A stretch of 64,000 nt of DNA from Thermodesulfobacteriota bacterium (GCA_965116725.1 OZ220700.1:564923-628922); one strand, 5' to 3'. Shown: positions 50,226 through 60,823, counted from the first letter of the stretch. The notes: generated by a model not told the origin, from the sequence alone. Numbers and translations are program-made.

Positions 50226-51380
50226 ATGCCTGATTCGGAATTCGATCAGGATTTCTCTCAGGAACCCAAGGGGGAAATTCCCGACGAGGAAGCGGACAAG
50301 GAGACCGAGAATCCGCTCGCCGAGGCCCAGAAAACCTTCTTTGACGCGCTCAAGGACCTTAAGCAAAACCTCGATAATAACCAGAGCGAAATGGCTCCCC
50401 CAGAAGGCCAGGACGTACCGAGCGATCCCACCGGAAATCCACAGGACAGCGGAAACACGGAGAGAGAAGACAAATCTGCGCGCGCATACATGAGCAGCAA
50501 GTCATCCAAAGCCGGAGAAGACGACGAAACGGTAATACCGGGAAGGGGAAATACGGAAACCGCCGAGAACATAAAACGCATCATGAGAGTGCTTGAAGGC
50601 AATTTTCAGAAAAGCATGGCAAAAAAGACCTCCCACCCGGGAGGGTCTCCGAGGAAATGGAAGCGCATGTCCTCTTTTGACGAGATCGAAGATATAGATC
50701 CCGTCGAGGCGTTCATATGGTCCGAGCACACTTCCCCCAAGCTGCCCAGAGTTCACCTTCGCGAAAAGGAAACGCTCGGAGGGGAAATAGCAATTCTCAG
50801 GGACGTAAGCACTTCGATGATGGGAGTGTACAGCGAGTGGTCTTCATCCGTCGTGAAGGGGGTAATAGAGCTTGCGAGAAAAAAGAGGATGAGAATCGGC
50901 TATCTGGAATTTAACCACCGCTCAAGAAAACATACGAAAAACTCCCGCTTTTTCACCAGGGACTACAGGTGGATAGAAAGGCTGGCTGAGAGCACGGACT
51001 GCTCCGGAAACACAAATTACGAAGAAGCGCTGGGAGAGGCCCTCAAGGAGTTCCGAGGCAGAGGACTTAGAAACAAGCACATACTATTTATAACCGACGG
51101 GATTCCAACTTCCGGCGATCCCAACGTTGAAGCGCAGAGAGTGCGCGCAAAGAGCATAGGGGTCTGCATACATTCCATATTCATCGGATCGAAGAACTAC
51201 CCGGCAATACTTGAAATAATTTCAAAAGAAACGGTAGGAACACAGTTCATGGCATCCAAGGGCCGGGACGACATAATACGCATAGAGAGAAAGGACCGGG
51301 CTTATCTGCAGGCCGAGCAGGAAAAGATTGCCAGATCGCAGCACGACGGCTTTGCAAAAGCGTTCAGGGGAGAGCTCTAG
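50226..51380 (+). CDS. von Willebrand factor A (VWA) domain protein, partner of MoxR
   Basis: Acidic disordered N-terminal half. C-terminal VWA with a MIDAS-like DVSTSM (DxSxS) motif. Follows moxR after an 18-bp gap. Confidence 0.7.
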   Translation: MPDSEFDQDFSQEPKGEIPDEEADKETENPLAEAQKTFFDALKDLKQNLDNNQSEMAPPEGQDVPSDPTGNPQDSGNTEREDKSARAYMSSKSSKAGEDDETVIPGRGNTETAENIKRIMRVLEGNFQKSMAKKTSHPGGSPRKWKRMSSFDEIEDIDPVEAFIWSEHTSPKLPRVHLREKETLGGEIAILRDVSTSMMGVYSEWSSSVVKGVIELARKKRMRIGYLEFNHRSRKHTKNSRFFTRDYRWIERLAESTDCSGNTNYEEALGEALKEFRGRGLRNKHILFITDGIPTSGDPNVEAQRVRAKSIGVCIHSIFIGSKNYPAILEIISKETVGTQFMASKGRDDIIRIERKDRAYLQAEQEKIARSQHDGFAKAFRGEL

Positions 51381-51400
51381 AACGCTCTTCATATCCTTTT
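51359..51400 (+). terminator. Possible intrinsic terminator of the moxR-vwa operon
   Basis: 7-bp stem agcgttc / gaacgct spanning the stop codon, followed by a T-rich tract cttcatatcctttt. Confidence 0.3.
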
Positions 51401-51825
51401 CGCGTAAAACTTTCCATTTTTGCCAATATGGTTCCTTCTCTATTCCAGAAACTCCGGCGGGGAATTGAACATCCGGAGATATTGTTTCTTATCAAGCTCT
51501 AAAAAATAGGGGTCGGTATGGTGGAACATAAACGGTTGCTATAAAGCAAGACCGAACCCGACCCCATAAGAATAAGAAGGCAAGGAGTAGTTCTGCAAAA
51601 GCAAAGACTGCAACTTATCCAAGGCTCTTCCCGGTAGCACCAGAACTAAACTGCAGATTAGTTCTGACCGGTTGGATTTTGTTCTACTAGTAAACCGAAA
51701 GTCCGTTATGAGGTCAAGTTTTTTTGTAACGTTTGCAAATTTCGAAAAAAAGGATCAGGTGTGAGAGGGGCAACGGTTTCGCAGGTCAGATTAGGCCTAT
51801 CCGATGCACGGGTAATTTAGAATCG

Positions 51826-52824
51826 TCATTTTGGTTTCTTTAAAACTTTGTTCACGGCATCTAAATGATCCCTGTAAGTGGTCGAGAAGAAATGACGTCC
51901 TCCTCCATTTGCAACGAAGTAAAGATAGTCTACGCCCGCCGGCTCAAGGGCCGCACGGATAGAGTCAAGGCCGGGAGCGGCTATCGGACCTGGGGGAAGT
52001 CCCGAAACCACGTAGGTATTATAGGGAGAAGGGAAACTCAGATCTTTTTTTCTAATATTGCCGTCGAACTTCTCGCCGAGAGCATAGATCACCGTCGGGT
52101 CAAACTCAAGCTTCATCCCTTTTCGAAGCCGGTTGCGTATTACGGCGGATACAAGAGGCCTCTCCGGGGAAAAAGCCGTTTCTTTCTCTATTAGTGATGC
52201 AATGGTCACAATCTCCTTGATATCGGGTTGCGGACTCGCAATACCAAGCGTCGCATAAACTTCCCGAAACCTATCGAGCATCGTTTCAATTACCTTCTCC
52301 GCAGAGCAGTCACGCGCAAAGAAATAAGTGTCGGGAAAAAGGAATCCTTCAAGACTCGAAACGTCCACGCCAAGTTTTTTCGTGGAATACTCACTGTTTT
52401 TCGCAACCGCGAGAAACTCTTCCCGGGAAACTATCTGCGAGGCATCAAGAATCCCGGCCATCTGCACAAGAGTAATCCCTTCGGGGAAGGTAACTCTCTT
52501 TAGGGACACTTCGCCGCGACGCAACTTTCTATGAACAGTATAAGGCGCCTCGCCAGCCGAAAACACGTATTCGCCGTGCTTAAGCTTCCGATGGGTTCCG
52601 CTTAGAAAAGCCGAAAAAAAAAGAACCTCAGCTTTTCTTACCACTCCCTCTCCCTCAAGCTTCTCCGCTATAGCGGACAGGCCAAGGCCTTGCGGTATCT
52701 CGACAATTTTTGTCTCAGCTGGAAAGCCGTCTAGAAAATAAAACCAGACAGACAAAGCCAACAGAGAGGAAACAAAAACCACAAGTCCCTTTGAGAACCA
52801 GTTGAATCCACGAGTCTCACTCAT
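51826..52824 (-). CDS. mltG: Endolytic murein transglycosylase MltG (YceG family)
   Basis: N-terminal TM anchor. YceG-like domain with LASIIEKE, catalytic Glu context and TVIYALG-type segments. Confidence 0.85.
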   Translation of the reverse strand: MSETRGFNWFSKGLVVFVSSLLALSVWFYFLDGFPAETKIVEIPQGLGLSAIAEKLEGEGVVRKAEVLFFSAFLSGTHRKLKHGEYVFSAGEAPYTVHRKLRRGEVSLKRVTFPEGITLVQMAGILDASQIVSREEFLAVAKNSEYSTKKLGVDVSSLEGFLFPDTYFFARDCSAEKVIETMLDRFREVYATLGIASPQPDIKEIVTIASLIEKETAFSPERPLVSAVIRNRLRKGMKLEFDPTVIYALGEKFDGNIRKKDLSFPSPYNTYVVSGLPPGPIAAPGLDSIRAALEPAGVDYLYFVANGGGRHFFSTTYRDHLDAVNKVLKKPK

Positions 52825-53960
52825 CTGGAAAGTATCACCATCTCGTTTCGATGGATTATCTCGTCGCTGTATCTGTACCCGAGCACATCCTCTATTTCAG
52901 ATGATTTCTTTCCGAGGATCTTCCTCACTTCTGAAGAACCGTAGGAACAAAGTCCTCTTGATATTTCAACCTCAGAGGAGTTAAAGCAGCTCACAAGCTC
53001 TCCTATCTCGAACTCCCCCTGAACTTCCTTTATACCCGAAGGAAGGAGACTTCTGCCTTTTTTGGTAATAGCCTCGGCCGCACCCTCGTCCAGTATAAGT
53101 TTCCCTTGAGGCTTAAGTGTATAGGCAATCCAGTGTTTTTTCCCTGTGAGTCTTTCCCTTGTCGGAAGTATTACGGTTCCATACTCATGGCCGTTAAAGA
53201 TGTTCAGAAGGGAATCTTTTCTCCTCCCGTTCGCAATTATAGTGGGCACCCCAAAGGCGGCGGCGGATTTTGCCGCTTGGACCTTGGTTCTCATTCCTCC
53301 GGAAGTGGTTTTGCCGAAAGTATCTCCGGCAAAAGATTCTATTCTGGAATCTATCTCCGCGATTGTGGAAAGCAGCTTGGCGTTTTCGTCTTTCGCCGGG
53401 TCCTTGTCGAAGAAGCCCTCCACGTTGCTTAGCAGTACAAGAAGATCCGCTTCCGTAAGAGAAATCACAAGCGCCGCGAGATTGTCATTATCTCCGAACA
53501 TGATCTCCTCGAAAGCAACCGTGTCATTTTCGTTTATGACGGGAATTATCTCCATCTCAAGCAGCCGGCGGATAGTCTTTCTAGAGTTAAGGAACCTTTT
53601 CCTGTCGGAGAACCCGTCACGGGTAAGCAGAATCTGCGCCACATTAAGACCGAACTCGGAAAAAGCCTCTTCGTAATTTCTGATAAGCTCGGTTTGACCG
53701 CAGGCGGAAATCGCCTGTTTTACGTCTATCTCTACGGGTTTGCTCGAAAGACCAAGTTTCTTCATCCCCGACGCTATGGCTCCCGAAGAAACTATGATTG
53801 TCCTCACTCCCCTCTGTTTAAGGTTAAAGACCTGCTCAGCTATCTCCTTAAAAACGGATTCGTTAAGAGATCCGTCGTCGTGGGTAAGCACGCTGCTTCC
53901 TATCTTGATGACGGCGGTCTTTACCTTCTCAATGAGATTTTTTCTCTCCTGTTCACTCAT
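52821..53960 (-). CDS. proB: Glutamate 5-kinase with C-terminal PUA domain
   Basis: Amino-acid kinase fold (VIKIGSSVL, FGDNDNLAA). C-terminal PUA domain. Its stop overlaps the mltG start (ATGA). Confidence 0.9.
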   Translation of the reverse strand: MSEQERKNLIEKVKTAVIKIGSSVLTHDDGSLNESVFKEIAEQVFNLKQRGVRTIIVSSGAIASGMKKLGLSSKPVEIDVKQAISACGQTELIRNYEEAFSEFGLNVAQILLTRDGFSDRKRFLNSRKTIRRLLEMEIIPVINENDTVAFEEIMFGDNDNLAALVISLTEADLLVLLSNVEGFFDKDPAKDENAKLLSTIAEIDSRIESFAGDTFGKTTSGGMRTKVQAAKSAAAFGVPTIIANGRRKDSLLNIFNGHEYGTVILPTRERLTGKKHWIAYTLKPQGKLILDEGAAEAITKKGRSLLPSGIKEVQGEFEIGELVSCFNSSEVEISRGLCSYGSSEVRKILGKKSSEIEDVLGYRYSDEIIHRNEMVILSR

Positions 53961-54045
53961 GGCGGTTCTATTGTACCCAAATACGAAAATCCATCCTATT
54001 TGACAACAAAGGAGGCTCTTGATATGTTTTCAGTTCGCTTTCGTT

Positions 54046-54122
54046 GCGGGAATAGCTCAGTTGGCTAGAGCGTCTCCTTGCCAAGGAGAAGGTCGCGGGT
54101 TCGAATCCCGTTTCCCGCTCCA
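54046..54122 (+). tRNA. tRNA-Gly (anticodon GCC)
   Basis: Cloverleaf folded by hand. 7-bp acceptor stem (GCGGGAA/TTCCCGC). D-arm GCTC/GAGC. Anticodon stem TCTCC/GGAGA with loop TTGCCAA. T-arm GCGGG-TTCGAATC-CCCGT. Discriminator U73. Encoded CCA. Confidence 0.9.
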
Positions 54123-54140
54123 CTCACCACACTATTCCTT

Positions 54141-54878
54141 TCATATTCCGGTTTCTTCAAAGAATTCACCGATTCTCCGACGGATCACCATATCAGCCTC
54201 ATCGTCAAAAGGAGTCTCCATCAGGTTTATGATCACGAGCGCGGCCCCCTTGGAAAGAGCCAGACGGGGAAGTCCGCTCGCCGGAGCAACCAGAAGGGAA
54301 GAACCCATAACGATAAGCACCTCTGAGTCTGATACGAGATCAATCGATTTTCCCCATGGATCTTCGGGAAGGGCCTCTCCGAAAAAAACGGCATCAGGCT
54401 TCAGAATACCTCCGCACTGCATGCAGAGAGGAGGATTTTCCCCTCCGGCAACCCTGCTCATCGTGTCAGCCATCGGATAGTACTCCCGGCACTGGAGGCA
54501 AACGACCCGCCTTACGGAACCATGGAGCTCAAGCACTTTCTCAGAACCCGCCTTTGTATGGAGGCCGTCCACGTTCTGCGTTATGACACCCCTGAGCCAG
54601 CCCCTTTTCTCAAGACGCGCAAGCGCGTAATGGCCCGCGTTGGGTTCGGCGGCCGCCCTCACAGGATAGGATTCCATGGCGTACGAATAGTAATTCTCGG
54701 GATTTCTCAAAAATCCGGAAAGCGAGACCACCGACTGGTCCATTTTCTCCCACATTCCCGTCCCCGGAGAACGGTAGTCGGGTATTCCGGATTCGGTGCT
54801 TATTCCGGCTCCCGTAAAGGCAACCCCTCTCTGGGTCTTCTCCAACAGTTCCAGAAAAAGCTCGACTTCCTTTTCCAT
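54141..54878 (-). CDS. cobB: NAD-dependent protein deacylase (sirtuin, CobB family)
   Basis: GAGISTESGIPDYR Rossmann motif, HG catalytic His, Cys4 zinc module (CLQC...CMQCGG). Confidence 0.85.
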   Translation of the reverse strand: MEKEVELFLELLEKTQRGVAFTGAGISTESGIPDYRSPGTGMWEKMDQSVVSLSGFLRNPENYYSYAMESYPVRAAAEPNAGHYALARLEKRGWLRGVITQNVDGLHTKAGSEKVLELHGSVRRVVCLQCREYYPMADTMSRVAGGENPPLCMQCGGILKPDAVFFGEALPEDPWGKSIDLVSDSEVLIVMGSSLLVAPASGLPRLALSKGAALVIINLMETPFDDEADMVIRRRIGEFFEETGI

Positions 54879-54893
54879 AGAATACGCCCGGCT

Positions 54894-55499
54894 CTAACCG
54901 GCAAAAGCAATGAAGTTGGGAGTTCCCTCGACGCTTTCGCACCATCTTCTGATCGACGCATACGCTCCCAAGTCAAAACCCCCTTCCTCACAAAGCATCG
55001 TGTAGGGATAACACGCAATGTCGGCTATTGAGTAGCCCCCGCAGAGAAACTCGGTTCGGGAGAGATGATCGTCAAGGATCGCAAGCGCTACGTTTCCCTG
55101 TACGTGAAGCTTCTCCATCGCCCCGGGGGGTACCTGGTCAGGTGGCAGGAACTTCGCGAAGTATCTCGCAAGCGCAAGGTTCGGATCTACGGTCGTCTTT
55201 CCGAAAAAAGTCCACTGCGCAATCAGACCGTAGGTCTCCGGATCGTCGGACAGGTAAGGATTCGGAGAAAACTTGTTTGCCAGATAGAAGAGTATCGCGT
55301 TTGATTCCCACATGACGAAATCCCCGTCCGAAAGAACCGGGATCTTGCAATTGGGGTTAAGAGCGGAGAATTCCTCTTTTTTATGTTCCCCAGCAAATAT
55401 ATCCACCGTTACTCCCTCGTATTCGACCGAAAGCTGGTGCAGAAGAAGCTTCGCCTTATAGGCGTTCCCAGAAAGCGGATGTTCATAAAGTTTTATCAT
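54894..55499 (-). CDS. Glutathione S-transferase
   Basis: N-terminal thioredoxin-like domain (MIKLYEHPLSGNAYKAKL) plus helical C-domain. 201 aa. Confidence 0.75.
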   Translation of the reverse strand: MIKLYEHPLSGNAYKAKLLLHQLSVEYEGVTVDIFAGEHKKEEFSALNPNCKIPVLSDGDFVMWESNAILFYLANKFSPNPYLSDDPETYGLIAQWTFFGKTTVDPNLALARYFAKFLPPDQVPPGAMEKLHVQGNVALAILDDHLSRTEFLCGGYSIADIACYPYTMLCEEGGFDLGAYASIRRWCESVEGTPNFIAFAG

Positions 55500-55994
55500 C
55501 TAATCCCTCACATATTGTAAGAATTCTTCGCTCAGAAGCTCAGGGCCCAGTATCTGGCGCAGAGTTTCCTTTCGGGGAAACACGTAGGTAACGGCGGCGC
55601 TCGCGAGTTCCGTTCCGTCCTCATCCCTTATGACCGAATCGACTTCAACTCTTCTTCCCCTGATCTCCCTTATCTTGGCTCTCACGTCAAGCATTGCGCC
55701 GCTTGGGACCTTCTTCATGTAAGAAATGTCTATCTTCGCCGTAAAGGCAATCTTGCGGGTTTCATTGAACATGGCCCAGAAAGAAACCTCGTCGACAAGG
55801 GCGCACTGAACTCCTCCGTGCACTATCCCCGGCCAGCCGCAGAAATGCTCATCCGTACAGATGGTAGTGAATACCTCATCGGTTTCCTGATCATGAAAAA
55901 ACTTAAGGCGAAGTCCGTGCTCATTGTGCGGACCGCATGCAAAGCAGTTATAGCCCGGAAAACCGGAGAGCACATTTTCTATTTCCTTTATCAT
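55500..55994 (-). CDS. PaaI/4HBT-type hotdog thioesterase
   Basis: HGG motif (IVHGGVQCALVDEVS) typical of PaaI-like thioesterases. 164 aa. Confidence 0.65.
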   Translation of the reverse strand: MIKEIENVLSGFPGYNCFACGPHNEHGLRLKFFHDQETDEVFTTICTDEHFCGWPGIVHGGVQCALVDEVSFWAMFNETRKIAFTAKIDISYMKKVPSGAMLDVRAKIREIRGRRVEVDSVIRDEDGTELASAAVTYVFPRKETLRQILGPELLSEEFLQYVRD

Positions 55995-58426
55995 CAGTCA
56001 CCCTCCGCGACTTTCGCAACCGCGGCTACAAGTTCCTCGGACTCAAGATTTATTACCTTCACCCCTTGGGCGGCTCGGCCCGTGTTACGTATCTCGGAAA
56101 CGCTCGTTCTTATAATCTTGCCGCCCTGATTACTTATGAGCATTATCTCCGTATCATCATCCACCTGGAACCCCCCGACCACTCTTCCATTTCGCTCGGT
56201 TATGTTGACGGTCTTCACCCCCATTCCTCCCCTTTTCGTAAGCCTGTACTCCGAGATTAGGGTGCACTTGCCATAGCCCATCTCGGTTATGGTAAGTATC
56301 TGCGCGTTCTGGTTCCTTATGACCTCAAGACTCACCACCTCGTCACCTTCTCTGAGCCTTATGCCTTTAACACCTGTCGACACCCTGCCCATGTTCCTGA
56401 CGTCAGTGCCTTTGAACCTAATCGCCTGGCCGTTCCTTGAAGTAAGGAGCACCTCGTCGTCCTCTGACGCAAGCGCCGCTCCCACAAGTTCATCTCCCTC
56501 GAGTATGTTAAGGGCTTTTATCCCTCCTACGCGGGGATTTGAATACGCTCTCAGCTTCGTTTTCTTAACGATTCCGTTTCGAGTCGCCATGATTATTGAG
56601 ACGTCCTCGGCAAAGTCCTTTACGGGCAGCACAGCTGCCACTTTCTCTCCCTTATCAAGATTAAGCAGGTTCACCATCGCCCTTCCCCGCGCGGCGGGAG
56701 AGGCCTCGGGAATCTGGTAGACCTTGAGCCAGTAGCATCTCCCGAGGCTTGAGAAAAACAGAATGCTGTTATGCCTCGACGCCGTGAACAAATCGTTAAC
56801 GAAATCCGTGTCCCTAGTACTCATTCCGGTTCTTCCACGTCCGCCTCTTCTCTGGTTCCTGTAAACGCTAAGCGGGATGCTCTTTATGTAACCCCCGTAG
56901 GTGGTGGTAACCACCATCTCCTCGTCGGTTATAAGATCCTCGATGGATATCTCCCCAACGTCCTCTACTATCTCAGTTCTCCTCGCGTCCCCAAATTTTT
57001 CCCTGAGTTCGGTGAGTTCCTCCACCGCGAGATCGAGTATGAGTTTTTCGCTCCCCAGTATCTCCCTGAGCTTCGCCACGGTTGCTATAAGCTCGCGTCT
57101 TTCTTCAAGTATCTTGTCCCTCTCAAGCGCCGTAAGTCTCTGAAGACGCATCTCCAGAATGGCCTGGGCTTGGCGTTCAGAAAGCGTAAAGGTCCGCACA
57201 AGACCAACTTTCGCGGCCGCTGGGCTCTCGGAACCTTTTATGAGTTCCACGATTTCATCCAGATTATCAAGAGCGATCTTGAACCCCTCGAGGATGTGGA
57301 GGCGTTCCTCGGCCTTTCGAAGCTCGTACTGGGTTCTGCGGGTAATTACCTCCTTTCTATGCTCTACGAAGTGGGCAAGGAGTTCTTTTAAGCTAAGGAC
57401 CTTTGGCTGGTTTCTCACAAGCGCGAGCATTATGATGCCGAAAGAAGTGTACATCTGCGTATGCTTGTAGAGCTGATTTAGAACCACTTGGGCGTGTTCC
57501 CCGCTTTTCACGTCGATAACAAGCCTTATACCCTCTCTGTCGGACTCGTCCCTTATGTCGGAGATACCCTTTATTTTCTCCTCTCTCACAAGCTCTGCGA
57601 TTTTCTGGGCCAGCCGCGCCTTGTTAACCTGGTAGGGGAGCTCGGTGACGATTATCACTTCCCTGTCCCCTTTTTTCTGCTTCTCTATGCGAACCCTAGC
57701 CCTCATCCTGACTATTCCGCGACCGGTGGCATAGGCGGTGCGAATGTCATCCCTACCGCTTACGAAACCGCCCGTGGGAAAATCCGGTCCAGGCATGATC
57801 TCAAGCAGCCTATCCACAGTGATTTTGGGGTCTCGTATCTGTGCCACCACGGCGTCGAGAAGCTCCCCAAGGTTATGAGGAGGAATGTTGGTCGACATAC
57901 CCACCGCGATTCCCGAAGAACCGTTTAGAAGCAAGTTGGGCACCTTGGTCGGCAGCACGCTTGGTTCAAGTTCTCCCCCATCGTAGTTCGGATAAAACTC
58001 GACTGTTTCCTTATCAAGATCCTCAAGCATCTCTGAAGAGATTCTTGAGAGCCTTACTTCCGTGTAGCGCATGGCCGCCGGACTGTCCCCGTCAACGGAA
58101 CCGAAGTTGCCCTGCCCGTCGACAAGCGGAATTCTCATGGAAAAATCCTGAGCCATCCGGACAAGGGAGTCATAGATCGCCGAGTCTCCGTGAGGGTGGT
58201 ATTTACCCATGACATCCCCCACCACTCTGGCAGATTTCTTGTAAGGTCGATTCCAAACGTTTCCGACCTCGTTCATTCCGTAGAGAATTCTTCTGTGAAC
58301 GGGCTTGAGTCCGTCGCGCACGTCTGGAAGAGCCCTTCCGACTATCACGCTCATTGAGTAGCTGAGATAGGACTCCTTCATCTCATCTTCAATGTTTACA
58401 GTCTGCACTCTGGATGAAGTGTCCAT
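55994..58426 (-). CDS. gyrA: DNA gyrase subunit A
   Basis: Active-site Tyr region. GyrA-box-like QRRGGRG. C-terminal beta-pinwheel repeats. 810 aa. Confidence 0.8.
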   Translation of the reverse strand: MDTSSRVQTVNIEDEMKESYLSYSMSVIVGRALPDVRDGLKPVHRRILYGMNEVGNVWNRPYKKSARVVGDVMGKYHPHGDSAIYDSLVRMAQDFSMRIPLVDGQGNFGSVDGDSPAAMRYTEVRLSRISSEMLEDLDKETVEFYPNYDGGELEPSVLPTKVPNLLLNGSSGIAVGMSTNIPPHNLGELLDAVVAQIRDPKITVDRLLEIMPGPDFPTGGFVSGRDDIRTAYATGRGIVRMRARVRIEKQKKGDREVIIVTELPYQVNKARLAQKIAELVREEKIKGISDIRDESDREGIRLVIDVKSGEHAQVVLNQLYKHTQMYTSFGIIMLALVRNQPKVLSLKELLAHFVEHRKEVITRRTQYELRKAEERLHILEGFKIALDNLDEIVELIKGSESPAAAKVGLVRTFTLSERQAQAILEMRLQRLTALERDKILEERRELIATVAKLREILGSEKLILDLAVEELTELREKFGDARRTEIVEDVGEISIEDLITDEEMVVTTTYGGYIKSIPLSVYRNQRRGGRGRTGMSTRDTDFVNDLFTASRHNSILFFSSLGRCYWLKVYQIPEASPAARGRAMVNLLNLDKGEKVAAVLPVKDFAEDVSIIMATRNGIVKKTKLRAYSNPRVGGIKALNILEGDELVGAALASEDDEVLLTSRNGQAIRFKGTDVRNMGRVSTGVKGIRLREGDEVVSLEVIRNQNAQILTITEMGYGKCTLISEYRLTKRGGMGVKTVNITERNGRVVGGFQVDDDTEIMLISNQGGKIIRTSVSEIRNTGRAAQGVKVINLESEELVAAVAKVAEGD

Positions 58427-58570
58427 TCCTGAAAAAGCCCTCCGGAGAAAAGAAAAAGAATGGTTGTGAAATAAACCGGTTAGAATGATATTTTACATGA
58501 ATAAATCCATGAATTCCAGAGCAAAACGGGAAGTAAATCTGGTCTTGACGAAAGAGTTGAAATAATCGAT

Positions 58571-59119
58571 ATGCGCATACTCACAGGACAATCCAAGGGC
58601 AAAAAACTGAAGGTCCCAAGGGGAAAAGCGCTTAGACCCACGGCGTCCAGAATAAAAAAATCTATTTTCGACATACTGGGTCCAGAAGTAGCGGGAAAAA
58701 GGGTGCTTGATCTTTTCTCAGGCTCGGGAAATCTGGGAATCGAGGCTCTGAGCCTGGGAGCCGCATTTTGTGTCTTCGTTGAGAAAAACCCCGGCACAGC
58801 GGGAATAATCGCTCAGAATCTGCGTTCCTTGGGATACACGAAACGATCGAGAATACTCAATTTTGATTTCAGAAAAGCATTGAGTATGTTAAGTGCGGAA
58901 AATTGCGGGTTTGATGTTGTTTTCGTCGATCCCCCGTATGAGCTTTACGAAAAGACGGAGCCTCATGAGCTTGCCCGCAATATACGAAGCGTCGTCGGGG
59001 AGAAGGGAGTAATGGTTATTGAACACCCATCCAGAAACGTTATTAATTCTGAAGGACTTGACGTGAGAGCAAAAAAATACGGAGGTACCTCCGTAAGTTT
59101 TCTAAGGAGGCTAGATTGA
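58571..59119 (+). CDS. rsmD: 16S rRNA (guanine966-N2)-methyltransferase RsmD
   Basis: MRI..G.KG..L start. SAM-binding DLFSGSGNLGIEA and DPPY catalytic motif. Overlaps coaD by 4 bp as in the conserved rsmD-coaD pair. Confidence 0.8.
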   Translation: MRILTGQSKGKKLKVPRGKALRPTASRIKKSIFDILGPEVAGKRVLDLFSGSGNLGIEALSLGAAFCVFVEKNPGTAGIIAQNLRSLGYTKRSRILNFDFRKALSMLSAENCGFDVVFVDPPYELYEKTEPHELARNIRSVVGEKGVMVIEHPSRNVINSEGLDVRAKKYGGTSVSFLRRLD

Positions 59120-59619
59120 ACGGCAAAACTGTAATCTATCCGGGTTCCTTCGACCCTTTCACAAACGGGCACCTTAACATAATCACCCGGGCCGCGGGAA
59201 TATTCGAGAAAATAATAATTTCGGTCGGACACAATACTTCAAAGAAAACGACGCTCTCGACCGAAGAAAGAGTATCTCTGATCGCTGAGGTGACCAAGGA
59301 TTTTCCCAACGTCGAGGTTGAAAGCTTCGAGGGACTGCTGGCCGACTACATAAGAGAGAAGGAAACCAACACCATACTGCGCGGAATGAGGTGCCATTCG
59401 GATTTTGAATACGAACTTCAGATGGCCACCGCGAACAAGCTTATGAACGAAGAAGTGGAAACACTGTTTATGGTGACCGACAGCCAGTTCTCTCACATAA
59501 GCTCCTCTCTGATAAAGGAAATCATTTCCCTGGGAGGTTCCGCAAAAGATTTTGTGCCGGCAGTGGTTGAGGAAAAACTGATTGAAAAACTTCGCCCGAC
59601 CGGGGAACGGAGGAAATGA
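59116..59619 (+). CDS. coaD: Phosphopantetheine adenylyltransferase
   Basis: YPGSFDPFTNGH motif. 167 aa. Confidence 0.9.
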   Translation: MNGKTVIYPGSFDPFTNGHLNIITRAAGIFEKIIISVGHNTSKKTTLSTEERVSLIAEVTKDFPNVEVESFEGLLADYIREKETNTILRGMRCHSDFEYELQMATANKLMNEEVETLFMVTDSQFSHISSSLIKEIISLGGSAKDFVPAVVEEKLIEKLRPTGERRK

Positions 59620-60817
59620 TAAAGTGAAACTTTCAGGAAGGGTCAGCAATCTGAAGCCTTCTGCAACTCTGACCATAACGGCAAAAGCCAAGTCGCTTCG
59701 CGCCCAGGGAGTCGACATAATAGGGTTCGGAGCTGGGGAACCCGATTTCGACACCCCCGAGAACGTAAAAAAAGAAGGCGTGGCTGCGATTAAAAGCGGT
59801 TTTACGAAATACACCGCCGTGGGTGGAATCGACGAGCTCAAAGACGGGATAGCGGCGTCTTTGAAAAAAGATCACGGCCTTGAGTACTCAAGGGACGAAA
59901 TACTGGTTTCCTGCGGGGCGAAACACTCGATATACAATATCACCCAAGCACTTTTTGAATCCGGAGACGAAGTCATAATTCCGGCCCCCTACTGGGTTTC
60001 CTATCCCGAGCAGGTGGCGCTTACGGGCGCGACTCCGGTGATCATGGACACAGACGAACATGGGCTTTTCAAAATCACCCCGGAGCAGCTTCAGGCAGAG
60101 ATAAACGAAAGGACGCGGGCCCTTATTCTTAACTATCCTTCAAACCCAACGGGAACCACTTATTCGCGCGGGGAACTTGAGGAGATAGTAAAAGTAGCCC
60201 TGGACGCCGACCTGATTATAATTTCAGATGAAATATACGAAAAAATAATTTACGCAGATACTGAACATGTACCTGTCTGCTCTCTTAGCGACAAGGCTAA
60301 GAAATCCACTATACTTGTAAACGGAGTATCCAAATCCTACTCAATGACCGGATGGCGCATAGGATACGCCGCCGGAGACAAGAGAGTAATAAGCGCGATG
60401 GCGAAGCTACAAGGCCAATCGACCTCAAACCCCTCTTCAATCTCGCAGATGGCAGCCCTTGAGGCGCTTAGAGGACCGCAGGAGTTGCTAGGCAAAAGGG
60501 CAAGGGAATTTGAGAGAAGGAAGAACTTCATAGTAAAAAGGCTGAACGAAATCCCGGGATTCACCTGTTTTGACCCCATGGGAGCGTTCTACGTATTCCC
60601 GAGCATAAGCGGTTTCGTGGGCAAAGCATACGGAAACAAGAGAATCGACGGATCCATTTCGTTTACCGAATTCCTGCTCGAAGAAGCGAAAGTAGCCGTC
60701 GTTCCCGGCATAGCCTTCGGAAAAGAAAACTACCTCAGGATATCCTACGCGACATCCATGGAGAACATAGAAGAGGGCTTAAACAGAATTGAAGAGGCGG
60801 TAAAAATCCTGCTCTGA
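59582..60817 (+). CDS. Aspartate/aromatic aminotransferase (class I PLP fold)
   Basis: AspC-family pattern (GEPDFDTP, NPTGT, SKSYSMTGWRIGY with the PLP Lys). The probable true start is the GTG at 59624, 10 nt after GGAGG; this removes the overlap with coaD. Confidence 0.8.
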   Translation: MKNFARPGNGGNDKVKLSGRVSNLKPSATLTITAKAKSLRAQGVDIIGFGAGEPDFDTPENVKKEGVAAIKSGFTKYTAVGGIDELKDGIAASLKKDHGLEYSRDEILVSCGAKHSIYNITQALFESGDEVIIPAPYWVSYPEQVALTGATPVIMDTDEHGLFKITPEQLQAEINERTRALILNYPSNPTGTTYSRGELEEIVKVALDADLIIISDEIYEKIIYADTEHVPVCSLSDKAKKSTILVNGVSKSYSMTGWRIGYAAGDKRVISAMAKLQGQSTSNPSSISQMAALEALRGPQELLGKRAREFERRKNFIVKRLNEIPGFTCFDPMGAFYVFPSISGFVGKAYGNKRIDGSISFTEFLLEEAKVAVVPGIAFGKENYLRISYATSMENIEEGLNRIEEAVKILL

Positions 60818-60823
60818 TTCGAA

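Noticed and set aside
51690-51730. Match GAAAGUCCG to the RNase P RNA conserved P4-region motif
   Set aside because: Only 9 nt match. The flanking sequence does not continue the rnpB consensus (GGGCUCCAUAGGGCA). The interval is too short for a type A RNase P RNA with the other universal elements.
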